From Eledone cirrhosa (Eukaryota), in contig OZ024742.1 of NCBI GenBank assembly GCA_964016885.1, positions 6,014,001-6,078,000 of the forward strand: DNA of 64,000 nt, given 5' to 3'. Positions 1-13,300 of the stretch are shown one piece after another (position 1 is the stretch's first letter; each line of letters opens with the position of its first letter). The translations under genes were made by a program, and so were the position numbers. Under the pieces are notes generated by a model. It was not told where the DNA came from, ran no database searches, and saw only the letters and a list, made by a program, of their open reading frames with translations.

Positions 1-3000
1 TTGCTGTCATTGCTGTTATTGCTGTTATTGCTGCGATTGCTGTTATTGCTGTTATTGCTGTCATTGCTGTTATTGTTGTCATTGCTGTTATTGCTGTCAT
101 TGCTGTCATTGCTGTTCTTGCTATTATTGCTGTCATTACTGTCATTGCTGTTATTGCTGTCATTGCTGTCATTGCTGTTATTGCTGTTATTGCTGTCATT
201 TCTGTTATTGCTGTCATTGCTGTCATTGCTGTTATTTCTGTTATTGCTGTTATTGTTGTTATTGCTGTCATTGCTCTTATTGCTGTTATTGCTGCGATTG
301 CTGATATTGGTGTAATTGTTGTCATTGCTGTTATTGCTGTTATTGCTGTTATTGCTGCGATGGCTGATATTGCTATTATTGCTGTCATTGCTGTCATTGC
401 TATTATTTCTGTCATTGCTGTTATTGCTGTCATTGCTGTCATTGCTGTCATTGATGTTATTGTTGTCATTGCTGTTATTGGTGTCATTGGTGTCATTGCT
501 GTTATTGCTGTTATTGCTATTATTGCTGTTATTGTTGTCATTGCTGTTATTGCTGTCATTGCTGTCATTGCTGTTATTGCTATTATTGCTGTCATTGCTG
601 TCATTGCTGTCATGGCTGTCGTTGCTCTTATTGCTATTATTGATGTCATTGCTGTTATTGCTGTCATTGCTGTCATTGCTGTTATTGTTGTCATTGCTGT
701 CATTGCTGTCATTGCTGTCATTGCTGTTATTGCTATTATTGCTGTCATTGCTGTTATTGCTGTCATTGCTGTCGTTGCTCTTATTGCTATTATTGATGTC
801 ATTGCTGTTATTGCTGTCATTGCTGTCATTGCTGTTATTTCTGTCATTGCTGTTATTGCTGTTATAGTTGTCATTGCTCTTATTGCTGTCATTGCTGTTA
901 TTGATGCGATTGCTAATATTGCTGTTATTGCTGTCATTGCTGTTATTGGTGTTATTGCTGTCATTGCTGTAATTGCTGTTATTGCTGTTATTGCTGTCAT
1001 TGCAGTCATTGCTGTTATTGCTGTCATTGCTGTTATTGCTGCCATTGCAGTTACTTGCTGTTATTGCTGTTATTGCTGTTATTGCTGTCATTGCTGTTGT
1101 TGCTGTTATTGCTGTTATTGCTGCGATTGCTGTTATTGCTGTCATTGCTGTTATTGCTGTTATTGTTGTCATTGCTGTTATTGCTGTCATTGCTGTCATT
1201 TCTGTCATTGCTGTCATAGCTGTTATTTCTGTTATTGCTGTTATTGTTGTTATTGTTGTCATTGCTCTTATTGCTGTTATTGCTGTTATTGCTGCGATTG
1301 CTGATATTGCTGTTATTGTTGTCATTGCTGTTATTGCTGTTATTGCTGTTATTGCTGTTATTGCTACGATGGCTGATATTGCTGTTATTGCTATTATTCC
1401 TGTCATTGCTGTTATTGCTGTCATTGCTGTCCTTGCTGTTATTGTTGTCATTGCTGTTATTGCTGTCATTGCTGTTATTGCTGTTATTGCTGTCATTGCT
1501 GTCATTGCTGTCATTGCTGTCATTGCTGTTATTGCTATTATTGCTGTCATTGCTGTCATTGCTGTAATTGCTGTTATTGCTGTTATTGCTGTCATTGCAG
1601 TCATTGCTGTTATAGTTGTCATTGCGGTTATTGCTGTCATTGCTGTCATTACTGTTATTGCTGTCATTGCTGTCATTGCTGTCATTGCTGTTATATCTGT
1701 TATTGCTGTGATTGCTGTCATTGCTGTCATTGCTGTCATTGCTGTTATTGCTGTCATTGCTGTTATTACTGTTATTGCAGTCACTGCTGTCATTGCTGTC
1801 ATTGCTGTCATTGCTGTTATTGCTGTTATTGCTGTCATTGCTGTCATTGCTGTTATTGCTATCATTGCTGTTATTGCTGTTATTGCAGTCATTGCTGTCA
1901 TTGCTGTCATTGCTGTCATTGCTGTCATTGCTGTTATTGCTGTCATTGCTGTCATTGCTGTCATTGCTGTCATTGCTGTTATTGCAGTCATTGCTGTCAT
2001 TGCTGTCATTGCTGTTATTGCTGTCATTGCTGTCATTGCTGTCATTGCTGTCATTGCTGTCATTGCTGTCATTGCTGTCATTGCTGTTATTCCTGTCATT
2101 GCTGTTATTGCTGTTATTGCTGTCATTGCTGTCATTGCTGTTATTGCTGTTATTGCTGTCATTGCTGTCATTGCTGTTATTCCTGTCATTGCTGATATTG
2201 CTATTATTGCTGCCATTGCTGTTATTGATGCGATTGCTGATATTGCTGTTATTGCTGTCATTGCTGTTATTGCTGCGATTGCTGATATTGCTGTTATTGC
2301 TGTCATTGGTGTTATTGCTGTCATTGCTGTTATTGCTGTTATTGCTGTCATTGCTGTTATTTCTGTTATTGCTGTCATTGCAGTCATTGCTGTTATTGCT
2401 GTCATTGCTGTCATTGCTATTATTGTTGTTGTTGTTGCCATTGCAGTTATTGCTCTTATTGCTATTATTGCTGTTATTGCTGGCATTGCTGTTATTGCTG
2501 TTATTACTGTCATTGCTGATATTGCAGTCATTGCTGTTATTGCTGTCATTGCTATTATTGCTGTTATTGCTGCTATTGCAGTTATTGCTCTTATTGCTGT
2601 TATTGCTGTTATTGCTGTCATTGCTGTTATTGCTGTTGTTGCTCTTATTGCTGTTATTGCTGTCATTGCTGTCATTGCAGTCATTGCTGTTATTGCTGGC
2701 ATTGCTGCCATTGCTGTCATTGCTGTCATTGCTGTTATTGCTGTCATTGTAGTTATTGCTGTTATTGCTGCGATTGCTGATATTGCTGTTATTGCTGTCA
2801 TTGCTGTTATTGCTGTTATTGCTGTTATAGTTGTCATTGCTGTTATTGCTGTTATTGCTGTCATTGCTGTTATTGCTGTTATTGGTGTTATTGCTGTTAT
2901 AGTTGTCATTGTTGTTATTGCTGTCATTGCTGTTATTGCTGTTATTGCAGTCTTTGCTCTCATTGCTGTTATTGCTGTTATTGCTGTTATTGCTGTCATT

Positions 3001-6000
3001 GCTGTCATTGCTGTCATTGCTGTCATTGCTGTCATTGCTGTTATTGCTGTTATTGCTCTCATTGCTGTCATTGCTGTCATTGCTGTTATTACTATCATTG
3101 CTGTTATTGCTGTTATTGCAGTCATTGCTGTCATTGCTGTCATTGCTGTCAATGCTGTTATTGCTGTCATTGCTGTCATTGCTGTCATTGCTGTTATTGC
3201 AGTCATTGCTGTCATTGCTGTCATTGTTGTTATTGCTGTCATTCCTGTCATTGCTGTCATTGCTGTCATTGCTGTTATTCCTGTCATTGCTGTTATTGCT
3301 GTTATTGCTCTCATTGCTGTCATTGCTGTTATTGCTGTTATTGCTGTCATTGCTGTCATTGCTGTTATTCATGTCATTGCTGATATTGCTGTTATTGCTG
3401 TCATTGCTGTTATTGCTGTTATTTCTGTCATTGCTGATATTGCTATTATTGCAGCCATTGCTGTTATTGATGCGATTGCTGATATTGCTGTTATTGCTGT
3501 CATTGCTGTTATTGCTGCGATTGCTGATATTGCTGTTATTGCTGTCATTGGTGTTATTGCTGTCATTGCTGTTATTGCTGTTATTGCTGTCATTGCTGTT
3601 ATTGCTGTTATTGCTGTTGTTGCTGTTATAGCTGTCATTGCTGTTATTGCTGTCATTGCTGTCATTGCTATTATTGCTGTTATTGCAGCCATTGCAGTTA
3701 TTGCTCTTATTGCTATTATTGCTGTTATTGCTGGCATTGCTGTTATTGCTGTTATTGCTGTCATTGCTGATATTGCAGTCATTGCTGTTCTTGCTGTCAT
3801 TGCTATTATCGCTGTTATTGCTGCTATTGCAGTTATTGCTCTTATTGCTGTTATTGCTGTTATTGCTGTCATTGCTGTTATTGCTGTTGTTGCTCTTATT
3901 GCTGTTATTGCTGTCATTGCTGTCATTGCAGTCATTGCTGTTATTGCTGGCATTGCTGTCATTGCTGTCATTGCTGTCATTGCTGTTATTGCTGTTATTG
4001 CTGTTATTGCAGTCATTGCTGTCATTGCTGTCATTGCTGTTATTGCTGTCATTGCTGTCATTGCTGTCATTGCTGTCATTGCTATCATTGCTGTCATTGC
4101 TGTCATTGCTGTCATTGCTGTCATTGCTGTTATTCCTGTCATTGCTGTTATTGCTGTTATTGCTGTCATTGCTGTCATTGCTGTTATTGCTGTTATTGCT
4201 GTCATTGCTGTCATTGCTGTTATTCCTGTCATTGCTGATATTGCTGTTATTGCTGTCATTGCTGTCATTGCTGTTATTCCTGTCATTGCTGTTATTGCTG
4301 TTATTTCTGTCATTGCTGATATTGCTATTATTGCTGCCATTGCTGTTATTGATGCGATTGCTGATATTGCTGTTATTGCTGTCATTGCTGTTATTGCTGC
4401 GATTGCTGATATTGCTGTAATTGCTGTCATTGGTGTTATTGCTGTCATTGCTGTTATTGCTGTTATTGCTGTCATTGCTGTTATTGCTGTTATTGCTGTC
4501 ATTGCAGTCATTGCTGTTATTGCTGTCATTGCTGTCATTGCTATTATTGCTGTTATTGCTGCCATTGCAGTTATTGCTCTTATTGCTATTATTGCTGTTA
4601 TTGCTGGCATTGCTGTTATTGCTGTTATTGCTGTCATTGCTGATATTGCAGTCATTGCTGTTATTGCTGTCATTGCTATTATTGCTGTTATTGCTGCTAT
4701 TGCAGTTATTGCTCTTATTGCTGTTATTGCTGTTATTGCTGTTATTGCTGTTGTTGCTCTTATTGCTGTTATTGCTGTCATTGCTGTCATTGCAGTCATT
4801 GCTGTTATTGCTGTCATTGCTGTCATTGCTGTCATTGCTGTCATTGCTGTCATTGCTGTTATTGCTGTCATTGTAGTTATTGCTGTTATTGCTGCGATTG
4901 CTGATATTGCTGTTATTGCTGTCATTGCTGTTATTGCTGTTATTGCTGTTATTGCTGTTATAGTTGTCATTGCTGTTATTGCTGTTATTGCTGTCATTGC
5001 TGTTATTGCTGTTATTGCTGTTATAGTTGTCATTGTTGTTATTGCTGTCATTGCTGTTATTGCTGTTATAGCAGTCTTTGCTGTCATTGCTGTCATTGGT
5101 GTTATTGCAGTCATTGCTGTCATTGCTGTTATTGCAGTCATTGCTGTCATTGCTGTCATTGCTGTCATTGCTGTCATTGCTGTCATTGGTGTTATTGCTG
5201 TCATTGCTGTTATTGCAGTCATTGCTGTCATTGCTGTTATTGCTGTCATTGCTGTCATTGCTGTCATTGCTGTCATTGCTGTCATTGCTGTTATTGCTGT
5301 CATTGCTGTCATTGCTGTTATTCCTGTCATTGCTGATATTGCTGTTATTGCTGTCATTGCTGTTATTGCTGCGATTGCTGATATTGCTGTTATTGCTGTC
5401 ATTGTTGTTATTGCTGCGATTGCTGATATTGCTGTTATTGCTGTCATTGCTGTCATTGCTGTTATTCCTGTCATTGCTGATATTGCTGTTATTGCTGTCA
5501 TTGCTGTTATTGCTGCGATTGCTGATATTGCTGTTATTGCTGTCATTGCTGTTATTGCTGCGATTGCTGATATTGCTGTTATTGCTGTCATTGCTGTTAT
5601 TGCTGTTATTTCTGTCATTGCTGTTATTGATGTTATTGCTGTCATTGCTGTTATTGCTGTCATTGCTGTTATTGCTGTCATTGCTGTTAGTGCTGTCATT
5701 GCTGTCATTGCTGTTATTGCTGCGATTGCTGATATTGCTCTTATTGCTGTCATTGCTGTTATTGCTGTTATTGCTCTCATTGCTGTTATTGCTGCTATTG
5801 CTGATATTGCTGTTATTGCTGTCATTGCTGATATTGCTCTTATTGCTGTCATTGCTGTTATTGCTGTTATTGCTGTCATTGCTGTTATTGCTGCGATTGC
5901 TGATATTGCTCTTATTGCTGTCATTGCTGTTATTGCTGTTATTGCTCTCATTGCTGTTATTGCTGCTATTGCTGATATTGCTGTTATTGCTGTCATTGCT

Positions 6001-6439
6001 GATATTGCTCTTATTGCTGTCATTGCTGTTATTGCTGTTATTGCTGTCATTGCTGTTATTGCTGCGATTGCTGATATTGCTCTTATTGCTGTCATTGCTG
6101 TTATTGCTTTTATTGCTGTCATTGCTGTTATTGCTGCGATTGCTGATATTGCTGTTATTGCTGCCATTGCTGTTATTGGTGTTATTGCTGTCATTGCTGT
6201 TATTGCTGTTATTGCTGTTATTGCTGTTATTGCTGTCATTGCAATCATTGCTGTTATTGCTGCCATTGCTGTTATTGCTGTTATTGCTGCAATTGCTGAT
6301 ATTGCTGTTATTGTTGTTATTGCTGTTATTGCTGCGATTGCTGATATTGCTGTTATTGCTGTCATTTTTCTTATTGCTGTCATTTCTGTTATTGCTGTCA
6401 TTGCTGTCATTGCTGTCATTGCTGTCATTGCTGTTATCG

Positions 6440-7377
6440 CTGTTATTGTGTTATTGTTGTCATTGCTGTTATTGCTGTTATTGCTGTTATTGCTGTTATT
6501 GCTGTTATTGCTGCCATTTCTGTTATAGCTGTCATTGCTGTCATTGCTGTTATTTCTGTTATTGCTGTTATTGTTGTTATTGCTGTTATTGCCGCTGTTG
6601 TTATTGTTGATACTGCTATTTTTATTACTGTTGTTGTTAATTCTGTTGTTTTTGTTATTATTTTTGATGCTGATGTTGTCACTGTTACTGTTATTATTGC
6701 TGTTATTGTTGCTGTTATAGCTGTTATTGCTGTTATTGCTATTATTGCTGTTATTGTTGCTCTTATTGCTGTTATTACTTTTATTATTGTTATTGCTGTT
6801 ATTACTGTTATTAATGCTGCTATTGCTGCTATTGCTGTTATTGCTGTTATTACTGCTATTATTGCTGATATTGATGTTATTACTGTTCTTCTTTCTGTTA
6901 ATACGGTTATTGCTGTTATTGCATTTGTTACTGTTAATGCTGTTATTATTGTTATTGCTGTTATTGTTGTTATTGCGTTTTTACTGTTATTGCTGTTATT
7001 ACTATTATTGCTGTTATTGCTGTTATTACTGTTATTGCTCTTATTGCTGTTATTACTCTTATTGCTGCTATTATTGCTCTTATTGCTGTTATTACTGTTA
7101 TTGCTGTTATTGCGTTTATTATTGTTATTGCTGTTATTGCTGTTATTACTGTTATTGCTCTTATTACTTTTATTGCTGTTATTAATACTGCTATTGCTGC
7201 TATTGCTGTTATTACTGCTATTATTGCTCTTATTACTGCTGTTATTCTGTTATTACTCTTATTGCTCTTATTACTGTTATTACTCCTGTTATTGCTCTTA
7301 TTGCTGCCATTGTTGCTGTTATTGTTGCTGTTATTGCTGCTGTTATCGCTATTATTACTGCTGTTATTGCTGTTATT
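6440..7377. repeat. Degenerate TTA/TTG-rich segment of the HOR (also ~18640-19576 and ~31110-32036)
   Basis: GTC monomers largely disappear, substitutions and frame-breaking indels accumulate, and unique words such as cttctttctgttaatacgg occur in all three copies. Confidence 0.9.
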
Positions 7378-10300
7378 GCTACGATGGCTGATATTGCTGT
7401 TATTGCTATTATTCCTGTCATTGCTGTTATTGCTGTCATTGCTGTCCTTGCTGTTATTGTTGTCATTGCTGTTATTGCTGTTATTGCTGTTATTGCTGTT
7501 ATTGCTGTCATTGCTGTCATTGCTGTCATTGCTGTCATTGCTGTTATTGCTATTATTGCTGTCATTGCTGTCATTGCTGTAATTGCTATTATTGCTGTCA
7601 TTGCTGTCATTGCTGTAATTGCTGTTATTGCTGTTATTGCTGTCATTGCAGTCATTGCTGTTATAGTTGTCATTGCGGTTATTGCTGTCATTGCTGTCAT
7701 TACTGTTATTGCTGTCATTGCTGTCATTGCTGTCATTGCTGTTATATCTGTTATTGCTGTCATTGCTGTCATTGCTGTCATTGCTGTCATTGCTGTCATT
7801 GCTGTCATTGCTGTTATTGCTGTTATTGCTGTCATTGCTGTCATTGCTGTTATTGCTATCATTGCTGTTATTGCTGTTATTGCAGTCATTGCTGTCATTG
7901 CTGTCATTGCTGTCATTGCTGTCATTGCTGTTATTGCTGTCATTGCTGTCATTGCTGTCATTGCTGTCATTGCTGTTATTGCAGTCATTGCTGTCATTGC
8001 TGTCATTGCTGTTATTGCTGTCATTGCTGTCATTGCTGTCATTGCTGTCATTGCTGTCATTGCTGTTATTCCTGTCATTGCTGTTATTGCTGTTATTGCT
8101 GTCATTGCTGTCATTGCTGTTATTGCTGCTATTGCTGTCATTGCTGTCATTGCTGTTATTCCTGTCATTGCTGATATTGCTATTATTGCTGCCATTGCTG
8201 TTATTGATGCGATTGCTGATATTGCTGTTATTGCTGTCATTGCTGTTATTGCTGCGATTGCTGATATTGCTGTTATTGCTGTCATTGGTGTTATTGCTGT
8301 CATTGCTGTTATTGCTGTTATTGCTATCATTTCTGTTATTGCTGTTATTGCTGTCATTGCAGTCATTGCTGTTATTGCTGTCATTGCTGTCATTGCTATT
8401 ATTGTTGTTATTTCTGCCATTGCAGTTATTGCTCTTATTGCTATTATTGCTGTTATTGCTGGCATTGCTGTTATTGCTGTTATTGCTGTCATTGCTGATA
8501 TTGCAGTCATTGCTGTTATTGCTGTCATTGCTATTATTGCTGTTATTGCTGCTATTGCAGTTATTGCTCTTATTGCTGTTATTGCTGTTATTGCTGTCAT
8601 TGCTGTTATTGCTGTTGTTGCTCTTATTGCTGTTATTGCTGTCATTGCTGTCATTGCAGTCATTGCTGTTATTGCTGGCATTGCTGCCATTGCTGTCATT
8701 GCTGTCATTGCTGTTATTGCTGTCATTGTAGTTATTGCTGTTATTGCTGCGATTGCTGATATTGCTGTTATTGCTGTCATTGCTGTTATTGCTGTTATTG
8801 CTGTTATTGCTGTTATAGTTGTCATTGCTGTTATTGCTGTTATTGCTGTCATTGCTGTTATTGCTGTTATTGCTGTTATAGTTGTCATTGTTGTTATTGC
8901 TGTCATTGCTGTTATTGCTGTTATTGCAGTCTTTGCTGTCATTGCTGTCATTGCTGTTATTGCTGTTATTGCTGTCATTGCTGTCATTGCTGTCATTGGT
9001 GTTATTGCTGTCATTGCTGTTATTGCTGTTATTGCAGTCATTGCTGTCATTGGTGTCATTGCTGTCATTGCTGTCATTGCTGTTATTGCTGTTATTGCTG
9101 TCATTGCTGTCATTGCTGTCATTGCTGTCACTGCTGTCATTGCTGACATATCTGTTTTTGATGTTATTGGTATCATTGCTGTCATTGCTGTTAGTACTGT
9201 CATTGCTGCTATGGCTGTTATTGCTGTTATTGCTGTCATTGCTGTCATTGCTGTCATTGCTGTTATTGCTGTTATTGCTGTTATTGCTGTCATTGCAGTT
9301 ATTGCTGTTATTGCCGCGATTGCTGATATTGCTGTTATTTCTCTCATTGCTGTTATTGTTGTTATTGCTGTTATTGCTGTTATAGTTGTCATTGCTGTTA
9401 TTGCTGTTATTGCTGTCATTGCTGTTATTGCTGTCATTGCTGTTATTGTCGTCATTGTTGTTATTGCTGTTATTGCTGGCATTGCTGTTATTGCTGCGAT
9501 TGCTGATATTGCTGTTATTGCTGCGATTGCTGATATTGATGTTATTGCTGCGATTGCTGATATTGCTGTTATTGCTGCGATTGCTGATATTGATGTTATT
9601 GCTGTCATTGCTGTTATTGCTGTTATTTCTGTCATTGCTGATATTGCTATTATTGCTGTCATTTCTGTTATTGCTGTCATTGCTATTATTGCTGTTATTG
9701 TTGTCATTGCTGTTATTGCTGTTATTGCTGTTATTGCTGTCATTGCTGTCATTGCTGTCATTGCTGTCATTGCTGTTAATGCTATTATTGCTGTCATTGC
9801 TGTCATTGCTGTAATTGCTGTTATTGCTGTTATTGCTGTCATTGCAGTCATTGCTGTTATAGTTGTCATTGCGGTTATTGCTGTCATTGCTGTCATTACT
9901 GTTATTGCTGTCATTGGTGTCATTGCTGTCATTGCTGTTATATCTGTTATTGCTGTGATTGCCGTCATTGCTGTCATTGCTGTCATTGCTGTTATTGCTG
10001 TCATTGCTGTTATTACTGTTATTGCAGTCACTGCTGTCATTGCTGTCATTGCTGTCATTGCTGTTATTGCTGTTATTGCTGTCATTGCTGTTATTGCAGT
10101 CATTGCTGTCATTGCTGTCATTGCTGTTATTGCTGTCATTGCTGTCATTGCTGTTATTGCAGTCATTGCTGTCATTGCTGTCATTGCTGTTATTGCTGTC
10201 ATTGCTGTCATTGCTGTCATTGCTGTCATTGCTGTCATTGCTGTCATTGCTGTTATTCCTGTCATTGCTGTTATTGCTGTTATTGCTGTCATTGCTGTCA

Positions 10301-13300
10301 TTGCTGTTATTGCTGTTATTGCTGTCATTGCTGTCATTGCTGTTATTCCTGTCATTGCTGATATTGCTATTATTGCTGCCATTTCTGTTATTGATGCGAT
10401 TGCTGATATTGCTGTTATTGCTGTCATTGCTGTTATTGCTGCGATTGCTGATATTGCTGTTATTGCTGTCATTGGTGTTATTGCTGTCATTGCTGTTATT
10501 GCTGTTATTGCTGTCATTGCTGTTATTGCTGTTATTGCTGTCATTGCAGTCATTGCTGTTATTGCTGTCATTGCTGTCATTGCTATTATTGTTGTTATTT
10601 CTGCCATTGCAGTTATTGCTCTTATTGCTATTATTGCTGTTATTGCTGGCATTGCTGTTATTGCTGTTATTGCTGTCATTGCTGATATTGCAGTCATTGC
10701 TGTTATTGCTGTCATTGCTATTATTGCTGTTATTGCTGCTATTGCAGTTATTGCTCTTATTGCTGTTATTGCTGTTATTGCTGTCATTGCTGTTATTGCT
10801 GTTGTTGCTCTTATTGCTGTTATTGCTGTCATTGCTGTCATTGCAGTCATTGCTGTTATTGCTGGCATTGCTGCCATTGCTGTCATTGCTGTCATTGCTG
10901 TTATTGCTGTCATTGTAGTTATTGCTGTTATTGCTGCGATTGCTGATATTGCTGTTATTGCTGTCATTGCTGTTATTGCTGTTATAGTTGTCATTGCTGT
11001 TATTGCTGTTATTGCTGTCATTGCTGTTATTGCTGTTATTGCTGTTATAGTTGTCATTGTTGTTATTGCTGTCATTGCTGTTATTGCTGTTATTGCAGTC
11101 TTTGCTGTCATTGCTGTCATTGCTGTTATTGCTGTTATTGCTGTCATTGCTGTCATTGCTGTCATTGGTGTTATTGCTGTCATTGCTGTTATTGCTGTTA
11201 TTGCAGTCATTGCTGTCATTGGTGTCATTGCTGTCATTGCTGTCATTGCTGTTATTACTGTTATTGCTGTCATTGCTGTCATTGCTGTCATTGCTGTCAC
11301 TGCTGTCATTGCTGACATATCTGTTTTTGATGTTATTGGTATCATTGCTGTCATTGCTGTTAGTACTGTCATTGCTGCTATGGCTGTTATTGCTGTTATT
11401 GCTGTCATTGCTGTCATTGCTGTCATTGCTGTTATTGCTGTTATTGCTGTTATTGCTGTCATTGCAGTTATTGCTGTTATTGCTGCGATTACTGATATTG
11501 CTGTTATTTCTCTCATTGCTGTTATTGTTGTTATTGCTGTTATTGCTGTTATAGTTGTCATTGCTGTTATTGCTGTTATTGCTGTCATTGCTGTTATTGC
11601 TGTCATTGCTGTTATTGTTGTCATTGTTGTTATTGCTGTTATTGCTGGCATTGCTGTTATTGCTGCGATTGCTGATATTGCTGTTATTGCTGCGATTGCT
11701 GATATTGATGTTATTGCTGCGATTGCTGATATTGCTGTTATTGCTGCGATTGCTGATATTGATGTTATTGCTGTCATTGCTGTTATTGCTGTTATTTCTG
11801 TCATTGCTGATATTGCTATTATTGCTGTCATTTCTGTTATTGCTGTCATTGCTATTATTGCTGTTATTGTTGTCATTGCTGTTATTGCTGTTATTGCTGT
11901 TATTTCTGTCATTGCAGTCATTGCTGTTATTGCTGTCATTGCTGTCTTTGCTGTTATTGATGTTATTGCTGCCATTGCAGTTATTGCTGTTATTGATGTT
12001 ATTGCTGTTATTGCTGTCATTGCTGCCATTGCTGTCATTGCTGTCATTGCTGTTATTGCTGTTATTGCTGCGATTGCTGATATTGCTGTTATTGCTGTTA
12101 TTGCTGTCATTGCTGTTATTGCTGTCATTGCAGTTATTGCTGTCATTGCAGTTATTGCTGTTATTGCTGTTATTGCTGTTATTGCTGGCATTGCTGATAT
12201 TGCTGTCATTGCTGTTATTGCTGTTATTGCTGCGATTGCTGTTATTGCTGTTATTGCTGTCATTGCTGTTATTGTTGTCATTGCTGTTATTGCTGTCATT
12301 GCTGTCATTGCTGTTCTTGCTATTATTGCTGTCATTACTGTCATTGCTGTTATTGCTGTCATTGCTGTCATTGCTGTTATTGCTGTTATTGCTGTCATTT
12401 CTGTTATTGCTGTCATTGCTGTCATTGCTGTTATTTCTGTTATTGCTGTTATTGTTGTTATTGCTGTCATTGCTCTTATTGCTGTTATTGCTGCGATTGC
12501 TGATATTGGTGTAATTGTTGTCATTGCTGTTATTGCTGTTATTGCTGTTATTGCTGCGATGGCTGATATTGCTATTATTGCTGTCATTGCTGTCATTGCT
12601 ATTATTTCTGTCATTGCTGTTATTGCTGTCATTGCTGTCATTGCTGTCATTGATGTTATTGTTGTCATTGCTGTTATTGGTGTCATTGGTGTCATTGCTG
12701 TTATTGCTGTTATTGCTATTATTGCTGTTATTGTTGTCATTGCTGTTATTGCTGTCATTGCTGTCATTGCTGTTATTGCTATTATTGCTGTCATTGCTGT
12801 CATTGCTGTCATGGCTGTCGTTGCTCTTATTGCTATTATTGATGTCATTGCTGTTATTGCTGTCATTGCTGTCATTGCTGTTATTGTTGTCATTGCTGTC
12901 ATTGCTGTCATTGCTGTCATTGCTGTTATTGCTATTATTGCTGTCATTGCTGTTATTGCTGTCATTGCTGTCGTTGCTCTTATTGCTATTATTGATGTCA
13001 TTGCTGTTATTGCTGTCATTGCTGTCATTGCTGTTATTTCTGTCATTGCTGTTATTGCTGTTATAGTTGTCATTGCTCTTATTGCTGTCATTGCTGTTAT
13101 TGATGCGATTGCTAATATTGCTGTTATTGCTGTCATTGCTGTTATTGGTGTTATTGCTGTCATTGCTGTAATTGCTGTTATTGCTGTTATTGCTGTCATT
13201 GCAGTCATTGCTGTTATTGCTGTCATTGCTGTTATTGCTGCCATTGCAGTTACTTGCTGTTATTGCTGTTATTGCTGTTATTGCTGTCATTGCTGTTGTT

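Noticed and set aside
5722-6234. 171-bp period suggesting alpha-satellite homology
   Set aside because: It is simply 19 monomers; there is no sequence resemblance or CENP-B box.
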